A stretch of DNA of 64,000 bases from positions 17,577-81,576 of the forward strand of contig JBHIEG010000007.1 of the NCBI GenBank assembly GCA_046760505.1, read 5' to 3'. The DNA is from Candidatus Hydrothermarchaeota archaeon (GTDB taxonomy: Archaea > CAYFZR01). The translations under genes and the position numbers were made by a program. Below the pieces are notes generated by a model. That model was not told the DNA's origin and made no database searches. It saw nothing but the letters and a program-made list of their open reading frames with translations. Shown piece by piece: positions 30,734 to 41,141 of this stretch; position 1 is the first letter of the stretch, and each line of letters starts with the position of its first letter.

Positions 30734-32026
30734 TTACTCATCGTTTAATCCCAATGCTTCTGAAACCAATTTTGTTATATCTGATACTTCCATTCTAAGT
30801 TTTTTCATTTTAACAGTGTTCTGCAGGCTTTGATAACAGAATGGGCAGGCAGTAACCAATTCTTCAGCATTGATTTCCCTCGCATCTTCTACCCTACTCT
30901 CTGAAAGTCTCTCCGCAAGATGAGGATTTGCGGGTTTAAGCCCTCCTCCAGCGCCGCAACATCTAGAATACTCTCTATTTCTTTCCATTTCAATTAGTTC
31001 GATTCCGGTGATTGATTCCAAAACCCTTCGCGGGGGATCATAAACATTCGTATGCCTACCTAAGTGGCATGGATCGTGATAGGTTATCACCTTATTTATA
31101 GCCTTTTTAAATTCGAGTTTACCCTCCTCTATCAACTCGTCTATGAATTCAATGGTATGCATGACCTTGGGTTTCAATTCCCCGAACTTGGGATAGTCTT
31201 GGCTCAAGGTCTTGAAGCAGCCTGCGCAGGATGTAACTATGAGCTCTACTCCTAATTCGTTAAAAGTTTTAAAATTCTCATTGGCTATTTCCTTAAATTT
31301 TTTTACCTCTCCAACTCTAAGGAGAGTGCTTGCACAACATTGCTCCTTTTTACCCAAGATTCCAAAGTCTACGCCTGCTTCATTAAATATTTTTACCGTA
31401 TTTATTGCTACGTCTTTTATGTGAGGATCATAGGAAGCAGTGCAGCCAACGAAAAACAGGATTTTTGCATCCTCTTTATTTAAATCTTTAATTTTTAATT
31501 CCTTTTCCTTTTTTCTCATTTCTTTGGTCAAATCCTTAGCCCATTTATCTCTCCTTGCTCTTGGATAAAGCCAAGGATTTCTGTAATTTATGATGCTCTT
31601 GACAAAGACATCGTGCTCTTTCAAAGGACCAAATCCGTTTTCAACTGAAACTTGTCTCGTATCTTCCCAGAGATTTATGGTGTTAATTTTAGCCGGACAT
31701 ACAATGTGGCACTGTCCGCATACCGTACAGGCGTACAGACCGTTTAGAAATTTTTCTCTCTCTACGTTTTTTCCAATCAGATTGTACAGGACTCTGTAGA
31801 ATGGGTTGTGTTTCTTTCTTAAAATGGTCTTCATCCCGTCTATCTTAAACCTAGGCAATACATTTTCCTCTTTTAATCCATCATACGCTGGACACCAGTT
31901 GAGGCACTCTCCGCATCTCGTGCAAGCCTCGATTTCAATCAACTGCTTTATACTTAGATCTTCCAGAGATAAGTCTTCTATTTCCTTTTCATCCTTTTTT
32001 GTCTCTTGCTCTTTCACTTCAGTCAT
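30734..32026 (-). CDS. HdrD-like Fe-S/CCG oxidoreductase
   Basis: CTRCGECLNWCP, CTVCGQCHIVCP, FVGC, QCCAS, YHDPCHLGR, CCGAGGG, CPFC. Confidence 0.88.
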   Translation of the reverse strand: MTEVKEQETKKDEKEIEDLSLEDLSIKQLIEIEACTRCGECLNWCPAYDGLKEENVLPRFKIDGMKTILRKKHNPFYRVLYNLIGKNVEREKFLNGLYACTVCGQCHIVCPAKINTINLWEDTRQVSVENGFGPLKEHDVFVKSIINYRNPWLYPRARRDKWAKDLTKEMRKKEKELKIKDLNKEDAKILFFVGCTASYDPHIKDVAINTVKIFNEAGVDFGILGKKEQCCASTLLRVGEVKKFKEIANENFKTFNELGVELIVTSCAGCFKTLSQDYPKFGELKPKVMHTIEFIDELIEEGKLEFKKAINKVITYHDPCHLGRHTNVYDPPRRVLESITGIELIEMERNREYSRCCGAGGGLKPANPHLAERLSESRVEDAREINAEELVTACPFCYQSLQNTVKMKKLRMEVSDITKLVSEALGLNDE

Positions 32027-32838
32027 TCTCTAACCTTTGAGACGGTGTTTAAGAATATGCTTAATGGAGTGGTGAAAACGTGGAAAAACTTGCTGAAGGG
32101 GAAGTATGCTATGAAGAGAGAGGATAGAAGCGAGTGAGTAATCCATAGATGCTCATGAAATGTGTGTACAGCATTATCACTTATATTCATGAATTTTGAA
32201 ATAAAATATCCAAAGAATGAATAGATTCCTATGGAAGATGGCTCTTTAACTAATCTCACCGCTTCCAGAATGAAGCCCGATAGTACCACTATTAACAAAA
32301 AAGTTAATGCGAAGGCATCGTCAAGATTCGTTGACATCTGCTCACTTTTAAATAAAAATCTCCTTGATAAAGCAATCAGAATTCCGATAAAAATCATAAA
32401 TCCAAATAATTCAAATAAAAAGTCATATACAATCAGGGATTTGCCCTTCAGTTCTACATGGAATAAATCAGTATACGTGCCAACGAGATCCATGATCAAA
32501 AAGAGGATGAATCCGACTCCAATGTTAAAGTGCATAAACCATCTTACCTTACTTAATTTGGTGGTATCTTTCTGTAAAATGGAATCCAGAAAGAGAGTCT
32601 TTACAAAAGTTTCAAAGTTGTTCAGGATTAATTTGATTAACCTCGTTCCATTTGAGAGGAACTTGGATATTATGTTTCTTTCAGATTTATCCGCAGTCAA
32701 AAAAATACTGATCCTTATCCACAAACCCACGCAAAAAATTAAAAGGCAGGAAAAATGGACTATCCAAAAAAGTGAGATCAATTTAGCGTTGTCTATGGTC
32801 TTTATCATTGAAATCAATCTCATGGGGACTAAAAACAT
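32023..32838 (-). CDS. NarI/HdrE-like membrane cytochrome b subunit
   Basis: ~5-6 TM helices, RWFMH, SGFILEAVR, ITHSLL, PFSKFFHVF; overlaps the HdrD-like gene. Confidence 0.8.
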   Translation of the reverse strand: MFLVPMRLISMIKTIDNAKLISLFWIVHFSCLLIFCVGLWIRISIFLTADKSERNIISKFLSNGTRLIKLILNNFETFVKTLFLDSILQKDTTKLSKVRWFMHFNIGVGFILFLIMDLVGTYTDLFHVELKGKSLIVYDFLFELFGFMIFIGILIALSRRFLFKSEQMSTNLDDAFALTFLLIVVLSGFILEAVRLVKEPSSIGIYSFFGYFISKFMNISDNAVHTFHEHLWITHSLLSSLFIAYFPFSKFFHVFTTPLSIFLNTVSKVRE

Positions 32839-33199
32839 ACTTCCACCCTTTTGGGAATCTTAAAGGACAACACTATAAAAGCTTTGTGGAGGTATAGTTC
32901 CGATCTAGGCAGATAACTCCAATTTTTGTAACAAAGCTTAGGTTCTGTAATTCTAAAATAAGATACCCGGTTGCAGGCGGCATTTAAAGAAAAAAGTAGC
33001 AGGCCATGTTCTTTGAATGACATTGGTGATAAATTAAAAAAGCCTATGGCTCCTATTTTCACTTCCCATAAACAATAGATAGGAGAGGAAAAAACTGGTA
33101 AAAGTTCAGGAATGGATATAGAAGGTTCAAATGATTTTTAACATAAAGCAATCTTTTTATACTCTCAAATCTACTTTTCAGAAAAACGGAGGTGATGGA

Positions 33200-34585
33200 T
33201 TGAAAAAATTCATTATTTTGAGAAAATGCATTATTCTAATGGTCATATCGCTTTTGATGACTCTTTCTCTTCCAAGTCCTTCAAATTCTCTGACATCTTT
33301 AAGTCCTGAAAACACTATAAAAACTGAAATTCCAGTCCAAAAAGTTACTTTTTATCAAAATGGACTGATATACGTCGAAAGAATTAAGAATATCCTTCTA
33401 AAGAAAGGAATCAACGAGATAGTAACCGATACGTTTTCAGATCAGATCTTGGCTTATACAATAAGGGCAAAAACCGAGGAAGGGGAAGTCATTGACGTTT
33501 CTTACACGCCGGAAAAAAAATTGGAAACTAGGTTTAAAGAATTCTTGGGAAAACAGGTAGAAATTTTATTAAAAGAGGGAAAAATTATCCGAGGAGAACT
33601 TGTGTCTTATTCACTAGACTATCTGGGGATATACTCTGAAAATAGGTTGGACGTGGTAAAAACAGAGAATATATTGAGTATAACGGTCTTTGGCGTCGAA
33701 AAAAACGGAAAGGCACTTAAAATAAAAATAGATTCTAAAAAGGATGGTAATCAGAAAATAAAATTCACCTACCTCACGAAGGGTGGAAATTGGAAACCTG
33801 TATACGATCTTTACGTAGAAAAGTCTCATTTAATTTCTAATGCAGTGATCACAAATGAGGTAGAGCCATATTCTAACGTGGAACTCGAATTAGTAGCTGG
33901 AACTCCTCATTTCGCTTTCGTTCCCGTTCCCATACCTGCCATGGCGAAGGGCTATGCCGTGGAAGAAGCCGGAAGAGTGGTAAGAGGAGGTTTAGGAGAA
34001 TACGTAGTTTACAAATTATCTAACGTAACCATCGAAAAAAACGAAATCAAGAAATTTAAGTTATTCGAAGGAAGTGTGGACATAGACCCAATATATCAAT
34101 GGGATGCTTCCACTTTGATAAAGGGAAAGGCAAGCGAGAGATTAAAGTTAAAAAATAACATGGAAGACCCGTGGGCCAGCGGAATAATGAATATCTATAG
34201 GAATGACAAGTTAATAGGCTCTGACTCAATAGAATATACCCCTATAGGGGCAGACGTTGAGGTTACCGTAGGAAGCACTCCTGATATAGACGTGAAGAAA
34301 GAACTTACAGCGGTTAAAGTATCCTACGAGGAGACCCTTCGAATTGAGACTGTGGAGTATACATTGACGATAAATAACTACAAGAAAGAATCTATAGCGA
34401 TCATTGTAAAAGATAGAATTCCCTACGGCTCTACTCTCGTATCCGCCAATCCCAAAGCGACTCAAAAACCGGATAACATGTTAGAATGGAGAATTAATAT
34501 CCGCCCTCAGGGAGAGCAGAAGATAACTTATACTTATGAAACCAGACAACCAGTTCCAAGATACGTAGGAAAGCCGGTTGGATAG
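33200..34585 (+). CDS. DUF4139-family exported protein
   Basis: TTG start after GGAGGTGA; signal peptide; VTFYQNG, YLTKGGNWKP.YDL, ELVAG, IEYTPIG, VKDRIP; all-beta pattern. Confidence 0.72.
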   Translation: MKKFIILRKCIILMVISLLMTLSLPSPSNSLTSLSPENTIKTEIPVQKVTFYQNGLIYVERIKNILLKKGINEIVTDTFSDQILAYTIRAKTEEGEVIDVSYTPEKKLETRFKEFLGKQVEILLKEGKIIRGELVSYSLDYLGIYSENRLDVVKTENILSITVFGVEKNGKALKIKIDSKKDGNQKIKFTYLTKGGNWKPVYDLYVEKSHLISNAVITNEVEPYSNVELELVAGTPHFAFVPVPIPAMAKGYAVEEAGRVVRGGLGEYVVYKLSNVTIEKNEIKKFKLFEGSVDIDPIYQWDASTLIKGKASERLKLKNNMEDPWASGIMNIYRNDKLIGSDSIEYTPIGADVEVTVGSTPDIDVKKELTAVKVSYEETLRIETVEYTLTINNYKKESIAIIVKDRIPYGSTLVSANPKATQKPDNMLEWRINIRPQGEQKITYTYETRQPVPRYVGKPVG

Positions 34586-34765
34586 AAGTATAAGAAACCC
34601 CATGGAGAGTAATTAAGTCTGCAGAAAATCCGTGTAATCAGGGTAAAAACTCCATTATCTGGTCTGTATAAAGAACATTCTTCGATGATATAAGATGATG
34701 GAGTAAGACATTCCTCTTTTGCCTCTGTAGTAAAGTTTTTAACTTTTTGTTCTTTATTTTCTCCT

Positions 34766-37114
34766 ATGATTGGGGTATTCCTCTGTCATTGCGGAAATAA
34801 CATCGCTGGTACAGTAGATATAGAATATATCAAGAAAGAACTTTCTAACAGGGGCATAATTAATTTTGACAACATTTTCCTTTGTTCTCAAGAAGGTCAG
34901 GATCTTATTTTAGAGAGGATAAAAGAAGAAAATTTAGATAGAATCGTGATTGCTGCTTGTTCACCTAAGCACCATGAAGATATCTTTAAAAGATGTGTGG
35001 AAAAAGAGATCAATCCATACCTTTTGGAAATGGTGAACATTCGAGAACAATGCTCTTGGGTACATAGAGATAAGGGAGAAGCCACCAAAAAAGCTCTTGC
35101 CCTGATAACCGGTGCCATCAGGAAGGCGGAATATCTTTCTGAGATTCATAGAATCGAGGTTCCAATAAGCAAAGAAGTCCTGATTGTTGGAGGTGGTGTA
35201 GCCGGAATTCAGTGTGCTTTGGAACTCGCTAAAAACGACTACAAGGTATATCTCTTAGAGAAAGAACCATGCATAGGAGGGAACATGGTAAGGCTCAATA
35301 AAACTTTTCCAACGGATGATTGTTCCATGTGTACTATTGCTCCAAAGATAAGCGAGGTTGGAAGTCATGAAAACATAGAGATAATATCAATGGCTGAGAT
35401 AGAAGACATAAAAGGCTCTGTAGGCAATTTCACTGTAAAAATAAAGCAGAAGCCTAGATACGTCAACGAAAAGTGTACTGCCTGCGGAGAGTGTGCCAAG
35501 GCTTGCGTCCTGAAAGACAGGATCGAGGATGATTTCAATCTGGGATTGAGTAAAAGATCAGCGATTTATATCCCATATGAGCCTGGAATGCCTTCCATGT
35601 ACGTTGTAGATGCGGAAAACTGTCTATATGTAAAGAAGGGAAAATGCAAGCAGACCTGTCTGGAAGCCTGCTTTAGAGGTGCCATAGACTTTGAGCAGGA
35701 AGAAAAAGAGTTCACTCTAAACGTTGGAGCAATAGTGCTCGCAACGGGTTATCAGGAGTACGATCTAACGGGTACCGAGTATAATTTCGAGCACCCAAAT
35801 GTGATAACCGGTCTGCAACTGGAAAGGCTATTGAGCGCGAATGGACCGACTGGAGGTACTTTGAGAAGACCCAGCGATGGAAAGATACCTAAAACCGTTG
35901 TTTTCGTGCAGTGCGCTGGCTCGAGAAGCGAGAAACACAATGAATATTGCTCAAAGATCTGCTGCATGCATGCCCTTAAGAATTCAATGATAGTAAAATC
36001 AGAAAATCCAGATACCGAGGTTTACTACTGCTATATAGATCTAAGAGCCGCTGGCAGAGGTTACGAAGAGTACTACGATAGAGCCAGAGAGATGGGAATA
36101 AAATTTATAAGAGGAAATGTGGGAGATATCCAAAGCGCAAGCGACAATCTTATCGTAAGAGTTGAGGACACTCTTTTGGGAGAGAATAAAGAAATCGAAG
36201 CAGAACTGGTGGTCCTCTCAACTGCACTGGTACCCTCTGAAGGGACTAAAAATATAAAAGACCATATCAACGTTTCTTATGAGCCAGATGGTTTTGTAAG
36301 TCCTTTACATCCAAAAATAGAACCTGTGGATACAAAAGATGCGGGCATATTTATATGCGGTACGGTATCTGGTCCAAAGGCGATACAGGACTGTGTTGCA
36401 GAGGCTAACGCGGTTTCATCCCGGATTCAAACAATCTTGCATAGAGGAAAGATAGAGGTCGATTTAAAGATACCCTCTCTGGACAAAGAGATCTGTGTCC
36501 GCTGTGGAGAATGCATAGTGAACTGTGCGTTTAATGGCGTAGAGGATTTTGAAGTACTGGAAGGCGTTTGCAGGAGTTGCGGAAAGTGTATTGTTAATTG
36601 TCCTTCAAGTGCTTTAGAAACGTGTTACTACTCAGACAGGCAAATAGAATCGCAAATAGAGGGAATCTTGGAAGTCGATCCAGATTCCATAATAGCCTTT
36701 TGCTGTAATGAATGCAGTTATGCTGCTGCTGATTTAGCTGGCGTTGCAAAAATAAACTATCCTTCACAGGTAAAAATTATAAGAGTTCCATGCACAGGAA
36801 GGGTTTCATTAAATCACATATTGAAATCCTTTGAGCTTGGAGCGCAGGGTGTTATGGTAGCCGGATGTTTAGCTGATCAATGTCATTACATCGATGGGAA
36901 TTACAATGCCGCTGAAATTGTAGAAAGAGGAAAAAAAATTCTTGACTTGCTTAATATAGGAAGCGAAAGATTAAAGATGTTTTATATTTCAGCAGCAATG
37001 AGAGATGCTTTTGTGCAAGCAGTAAAAGAAATGGTTGAGACCACTAAAAAGCTATCAGAAGAGTTTAAAGAAGAGAAATCTGAAATAGCTATTAAAGATA
37101 CTTTCCAGCATTAG
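34766..37114 (+). CDS. hdrA: HdrA-MvhD fusion (FAD/Fe-S heterodisulfide reductase subunit A fused to MvhD [2Fe-2S])
   Basis: GVFLCHCG, ACSP..H, NIREQCSWVH, GGGVAG, KTFPTDDCSMC, QCAGSR..YCSKICC, GPKAI; C-terminal AFCCNECSYAAADLAG, RVPCTGRV, GC...CHY..GN. Confidence 0.92.
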   Translation: MIGVFLCHCGNNIAGTVDIEYIKKELSNRGIINFDNIFLCSQEGQDLILERIKEENLDRIVIAACSPKHHEDIFKRCVEKEINPYLLEMVNIREQCSWVHRDKGEATKKALALITGAIRKAEYLSEIHRIEVPISKEVLIVGGGVAGIQCALELAKNDYKVYLLEKEPCIGGNMVRLNKTFPTDDCSMCTIAPKISEVGSHENIEIISMAEIEDIKGSVGNFTVKIKQKPRYVNEKCTACGECAKACVLKDRIEDDFNLGLSKRSAIYIPYEPGMPSMYVVDAENCLYVKKGKCKQTCLEACFRGAIDFEQEEKEFTLNVGAIVLATGYQEYDLTGTEYNFEHPNVITGLQLERLLSANGPTGGTLRRPSDGKIPKTVVFVQCAGSRSEKHNEYCSKICCMHALKNSMIVKSENPDTEVYYCYIDLRAAGRGYEEYYDRAREMGIKFIRGNVGDIQSASDNLIVRVEDTLLGENKEIEAELVVLSTALVPSEGTKNIKDHINVSYEPDGFVSPLHPKIEPVDTKDAGIFICGTVSGPKAIQDCVAEANAVSSRIQTILHRGKIEVDLKIPSLDKEICVRCGECIVNCAFNGVEDFEVLEGVCRSCGKCIVNCPSSALETCYYSDRQIESQIEGILEVDPDSIIAFCCNECSYAAADLAGVAKINYPSQVKIIRVPCTGRVSLNHILKSFELGAQGVMVAGCLADQCHYIDGNYNAAEIVERGKKILDLLNIGSERLKMFYISAAMRDAFVQAVKEMVETTKKLSEEFKEEKSEIAIKDTFQH

Positions 37115-37125
37115 GTGCACGAAAA

Positions 37126-39009
37126 ATGCTAGATTGCACAACCTGCAGGCTTTGTGCCGTCAAATGCCCAACAGAAATCAATCTAGATGAGATTATCAAA
37201 AGATACAGATATTTAAATGAAATCAGGACTCCTCACGGGGGAGTATTCCATATACTAGGGAAAATTTTAATCAGAGTGGATATTTCAGATTGGCTTAAAG
37301 AAGATGAACTGGATATTGGCAGAGACGATTTATACTATTTTCCAGGATGTTTGCCGATATTCGATTTGGTTCTGGATAGAGATAGAAGCTATTCGGGAAT
37401 TGCCCATGCAGGAATAAAGGTTTTGAATAAGTTGGGGATATCACCGAAAATAATCTACGGCTGCTGCGGGCACGACCTCTTATATTCAGGGAATTTAGAT
37501 GAGTTTGAAATCAATAGGATAAACCTTAAAGGAAAAGTGGAAGGTAAGAAGATAATAACTGGATGTGCAGAGTGTTATCACATTTTAAAAAATGAATATC
37601 AAGCGGATGTGGAGCATTTCTCTCAATTCATTTCCAAAAATTTAAACAAACTTGATTTAAGTAATATCGATACAGAAAAATTGAAAACCACCTATCATGA
37701 TCCCTGTAGATTAGGAAGATACAATTCAATTTACAATGAACCTAGAGAACTCCTTGAAAAAATCACTTCCTTTAGTGAGATGTCAAGAAACAGAGAAGAA
37801 ACAATATGCTGTGGAGTTTCTTCGTGGCTAAACTGTGATAACCTATCTAGGGAATTGAGAGAAGAAAAAATAAAAGAAGCAATTGAAACCGGATCAGATT
37901 CTTTGGTCACGAGTTGTCCGAAGTGTATAGTTCATTTAGATTGTTTATACGAAGAGAAACTCGGTGATTTGGATTTAAAGCGTTTAAATATCGTTGATTT
38001 ACAAGAAATACTCGCTCATTCGCTTGGAATCTATGACCTCCAATCAGATGAGAAATTTTATGAAATAAAAAAGAGAAAGAGCACACCAATAAAGTCCGTT
38101 GAAATAAAGAAAGATCCCTTGAGATATATAGACAGAGATCTATCCAATTTAGCATACAGGTGTACCACATGTTATGCATGTGAGACTGCATGTCCGATGG
38201 AATATAAGCCTGTTCACATGATGGAAGACTTCAGAAAATTTCTTGTTTCTCAAAATCTCAATCCTGAAAGGCACAATGAAATTTATAACAATATTTTAGA
38301 AACAGGAAACGTTTTTGGTGAAAAAGAGGAAATATTTGATGAAAAAGTAGATCATGACGTGGTTTATTTCCCGGGATGTGTCGCTAGTTTTCGTGCTAGG
38401 AAGATAGTCGATTCATGCAGGGAATTGATGGACAGAATAGGAGTTAATTATACCATCCCTAAAGGGACGATATGCTGTGGGAGCATAGCGTTTAGAACGG
38501 GATTCAATACCAGACCAATCGTGGAGAAGAATATGCAAGTGTTAAACGGAAAGAAGATTGTTTGTTCTTGTTCGGGTTGTTACGCTACGTTTAAAAAGGA
38601 CTATGGATTAAACGCTATTCACTTCATCGATTTATTGCTGGATAACAAGAATAAACTGAAATTTAAAAAATCGGGAGTGAAAATAGCCTACCATGATCCG
38701 TGTCATCTAGGAAGGGAGTTTCAGTACTTCGACCCTCCGAGAGAACTGCTAAAATTAATTCCAGAACTGGAATTGGTAGAATTTCCCCATAGCAGAGAGA
38801 ATTCTCTATGCTGTGGAGGTGGAGGCGGGGTTAGATCTGCTTTTCCGGAGTTATCTGCAATGATAGCAAAAAAAAGGATGGAAGAAATCGAAAATGAAAG
38901 TGTGGATGCTGTAGTAACCGCCTGCCCGTTCTGTGAGATAAATCTAGGAACCGTTACCGATAAGAAGGTATACGACATATCCCAATTCTTACTGATACAT
39001 CTAAAATGA
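37126..39009 (+). CDS. tandem double HdrD-like (Fe-S/CCG) protein
   Basis: Two modules, each with one CTTC..C...CP motif, FPGC, CCG, YHDPC.LGR and a second CCG (CCGVSSW in the first, CCGGGGG in the second). Confidence 0.85.
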   Translation: MLDCTTCRLCAVKCPTEINLDEIIKRYRYLNEIRTPHGGVFHILGKILIRVDISDWLKEDELDIGRDDLYYFPGCLPIFDLVLDRDRSYSGIAHAGIKVLNKLGISPKIIYGCCGHDLLYSGNLDEFEINRINLKGKVEGKKIITGCAECYHILKNEYQADVEHFSQFISKNLNKLDLSNIDTEKLKTTYHDPCRLGRYNSIYNEPRELLEKITSFSEMSRNREETICCGVSSWLNCDNLSRELREEKIKEAIETGSDSLVTSCPKCIVHLDCLYEEKLGDLDLKRLNIVDLQEILAHSLGIYDLQSDEKFYEIKKRKSTPIKSVEIKKDPLRYIDRDLSNLAYRCTTCYACETACPMEYKPVHMMEDFRKFLVSQNLNPERHNEIYNNILETGNVFGEKEEIFDEKVDHDVVYFPGCVASFRARKIVDSCRELMDRIGVNYTIPKGTICCGSIAFRTGFNTRPIVEKNMQVLNGKKIVCSCSGCYATFKKDYGLNAIHFIDLLLDNKNKLKFKKSGVKIAYHDPCHLGREFQYFDPPRELLKLIPELELVEFPHSRENSLCCGGGGGVRSAFPELSAMIAKKRMEEIENESVDAVVTACPFCEINLGTVTDKKVYDISQFLLIHLK

Positions 39010-39030
39010 TGTTCACGGTGAAGATGTAAT

Positions 39031-40143
39031 ATGAAGATAGGTGTATACGTGGGAGAAGGCTCTTCGCATTCATGGGTATGGCTCGTTGATACCTTGGAGA
39101 AATTTGGTCTTATAGATATCTTGTTTCTAAACGAAAAACTTGTAAAAAAAGATACGCTGAATTCCATAAATTTAATGGTAATATCTGGAGGGGACACGAT
39201 ATCCATAGCCAATTCTATAGGAAATGGGTTCAAAGAAATCAAAAACTTTATAGGAGATGGAGGAATATACTTGGGAATTTGCGCTGGCGCTTATCTTCCC
39301 CTGTACTCGAGGAAAGAGCCACTTTCTAAGTTTAACCTAGTTAAAGCCGGTATCACCAATATAATCAGGAGTGGGGGCTTTAAACCTTTCAGTTGCGACC
39401 GTGTATTTCAGGGCGTAAGAGGACCGTTGTATATAGATTTTCAAGGAAAGATCATTTCCGCGCCTCTCTACGGTGGCCCCTCCTTTGTCCCCAATGGAAG
39501 TGAGACTCTTGCAATCTACTCTGACTTTTCCGAAGAGACCTCATTTTTGGTTGAAAAAAACCTAGCAGAAAGAACGATTTTAGGAAAAGGAGCAATTATC
39601 AAAAAGGATTATGGAAAAGGCGCCTTTTTGCTCTTTGGACCCCATCTTGAGCACCCTTCTTTCCATGATGCTAATCTAATTTTTTACCACTTACTCAAAG
39701 GTTTGAAAATTAAAGAAATCAGAGACCAGGAAGAAAAAGATTTTACCCATTTATTAAGAGGTGTAGAGGCGAAAAAATTCTTAAAGGACTTAAAAAGAGA
39801 GATTAGCAATATGAGAATAATCGCAATGGGAATTGAAGGCTCTATAAAATGGAAGGTAGGGCATAAGGTATGGGATATGGAAAGAATCCTTTATTTCACA
39901 GATGCCACATGGAAGAGACTTAGATACCTGGAAAAAGATACCCTTTACGTAAAAAATCCCGATAAAATAGTGGAAGAAGTAAAAGAGACAAAAAATCTAC
40001 TCATAAAAATCAGGGAAGAATTAAGAGAAGGAAAGGACATAAGAGAATCTGCTGAAAACTTGGTAAGAAAAATGAGAGAAGTTGTTCCAGCGATTCTTGA
40101 GTTTTATTTTAACAACATAAAGAGAAATAGGGGATCCTCATGA
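39031..40143 (+). CDS. BPL_N-like class I glutamine-amidotransferase-fold protein
   Basis: VYVGEG, ISGGD, GGIYLGICAGAY nucleophile elbow, YGGP, GPHLE. Confidence 0.72.
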   Translation: MKIGVYVGEGSSHSWVWLVDTLEKFGLIDILFLNEKLVKKDTLNSINLMVISGGDTISIANSIGNGFKEIKNFIGDGGIYLGICAGAYLPLYSRKEPLSKFNLVKAGITNIIRSGGFKPFSCDRVFQGVRGPLYIDFQGKIISAPLYGGPSFVPNGSETLAIYSDFSEETSFLVEKNLAERTILGKGAIIKKDYGKGAFLLFGPHLEHPSFHDANLIFYHLLKGLKIKEIRDQEEKDFTHLLRGVEAKKFLKDLKREISNMRIIAMGIEGSIKWKVGHKVWDMERILYFTDATWKRLRYLEKDTLYVKNPDKIVEEVKETKNLLIKIREELREGKDIRESAENLVRKMREVVPAILEFYFNNIKRNRGSS

Positions 40144-41111
40144 ATGAGATAAAATTTGGGCTTCAACAGCCAGAATACAACTTTAAACCTGAAACAACCT
40201 TTGATAATTTAAAGAATATAATTCAGACTGCTGAATCAAATGGTTTTGAATCTTTCTGGGTTATGGATCACTTGATGCAGATCCCGTATCTGGATCCTGA
40301 ATCTAAGGCTCCAATGCTGGAAGCATGGGTTGTCCTCTCTAATCTGGCGGGGGTTACCAAAAAGATTAAACTTGGAACGCTTGTGACATGTGCATCATAC
40401 AGAAATCCTGCCCATCTTGCAAAGATAGGCGCTACCTTGGATGTTTTATCTGGTGGTAGAGTAATCATGGGAATCGGAGCCGGTTGGTTTGAAAAAGAGT
40501 ACATATCTTATGGCTATTCGTTCCCTAAATATAGGGAACGCGTGGAAATGCTAAGCGAGGCAGTGCAGATAATGAAAAAGATGTGGACGGAAGAGTCGCC
40601 ATCCTTTGAAGGGAAATATTTTAGGATAAAGGATGCTATTTGTAACCCTAAACCCTTGCAGAAGCCATATCCGCGGATTTTAATTGGAGGAGGAGGTCTA
40701 GAGACCTTAAAAGTCGTGGCTGAACATGCAGACATGTGTAATTTCTTCGGAAAGCCTGATGAAATCATGAAGAAGATTGAGACAGTTGAGAAATACTGCT
40801 CTGAAATCGGTAGAGACCCAGATGAAATAACAGTTAGTAAAATAGGCGGAGTTATAATAGCCGAATCTGAAGATGAACTAAAAAGTATTCTAAAGACAAA
40901 AATCCGCCCTGGCATCCGCCCTGGCTTCAGTCCTGAGCAACTGGAGGGCTGGCTGATTTTAGGCACCCCAGAGCAAGTAAAGGAAAAATTACAGAAATTC
41001 ATAGATGTGGGAGTTACTTACTTCATCCTCAACTTCCCGGGCTCGGATGAGGTTAAACTACATTTGAATAAAATAATGATCTTCGGTGAAAGGGTGATAT
41101 CTGAGTTCTGA
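40140..41111 (+). CDS. LLM-class (probably F420-dependent) oxidoreductase
   Basis: WVMDHL, LEAW, LGTLVT..YRNPAHLAK..ATLDVLSGGR..GIGAGW, PKPLQKP, ILIGGGG. Confidence 0.88.
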   Translation: MNEIKFGLQQPEYNFKPETTFDNLKNIIQTAESNGFESFWVMDHLMQIPYLDPESKAPMLEAWVVLSNLAGVTKKIKLGTLVTCASYRNPAHLAKIGATLDVLSGGRVIMGIGAGWFEKEYISYGYSFPKYRERVEMLSEAVQIMKKMWTEESPSFEGKYFRIKDAICNPKPLQKPYPRILIGGGGLETLKVVAEHADMCNFFGKPDEIMKKIETVEKYCSEIGRDPDEITVSKIGGVIIAESEDELKSILKTKIRPGIRPGFSPEQLEGWLILGTPEQVKEKLQKFIDVGVTYFILNFPGSDEVKLHLNKIMIFGERVISEF

Positions 41112-41141
41112 TACAAAGAGATATAGAGAGACAATATCATT

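Noticed and set aside
32879-32939. Nested inverted repeat AAGCTTTGT...ACAAAGCTT upstream of the NarI-like gene
   Set aside because: Short, partly self-palindromic, single occurrence; cannot be told apart from chance
37112-37131. Pyrrolysine/selenocysteine read-through joining hdrA-mvhD to the next gene
   Set aside because: Read-through of TAG 37112 meets another TAG six codons later; the next gene is in a different frame; no in-frame TGA occurs at Cys positions
40902-40925. 12-nt tandem duplication ATCCGCCCTGGC x2 (IRPGIRPG) in the LLM gene
   Set aside because: In-frame micro-duplication in a variable loop with no sign of function
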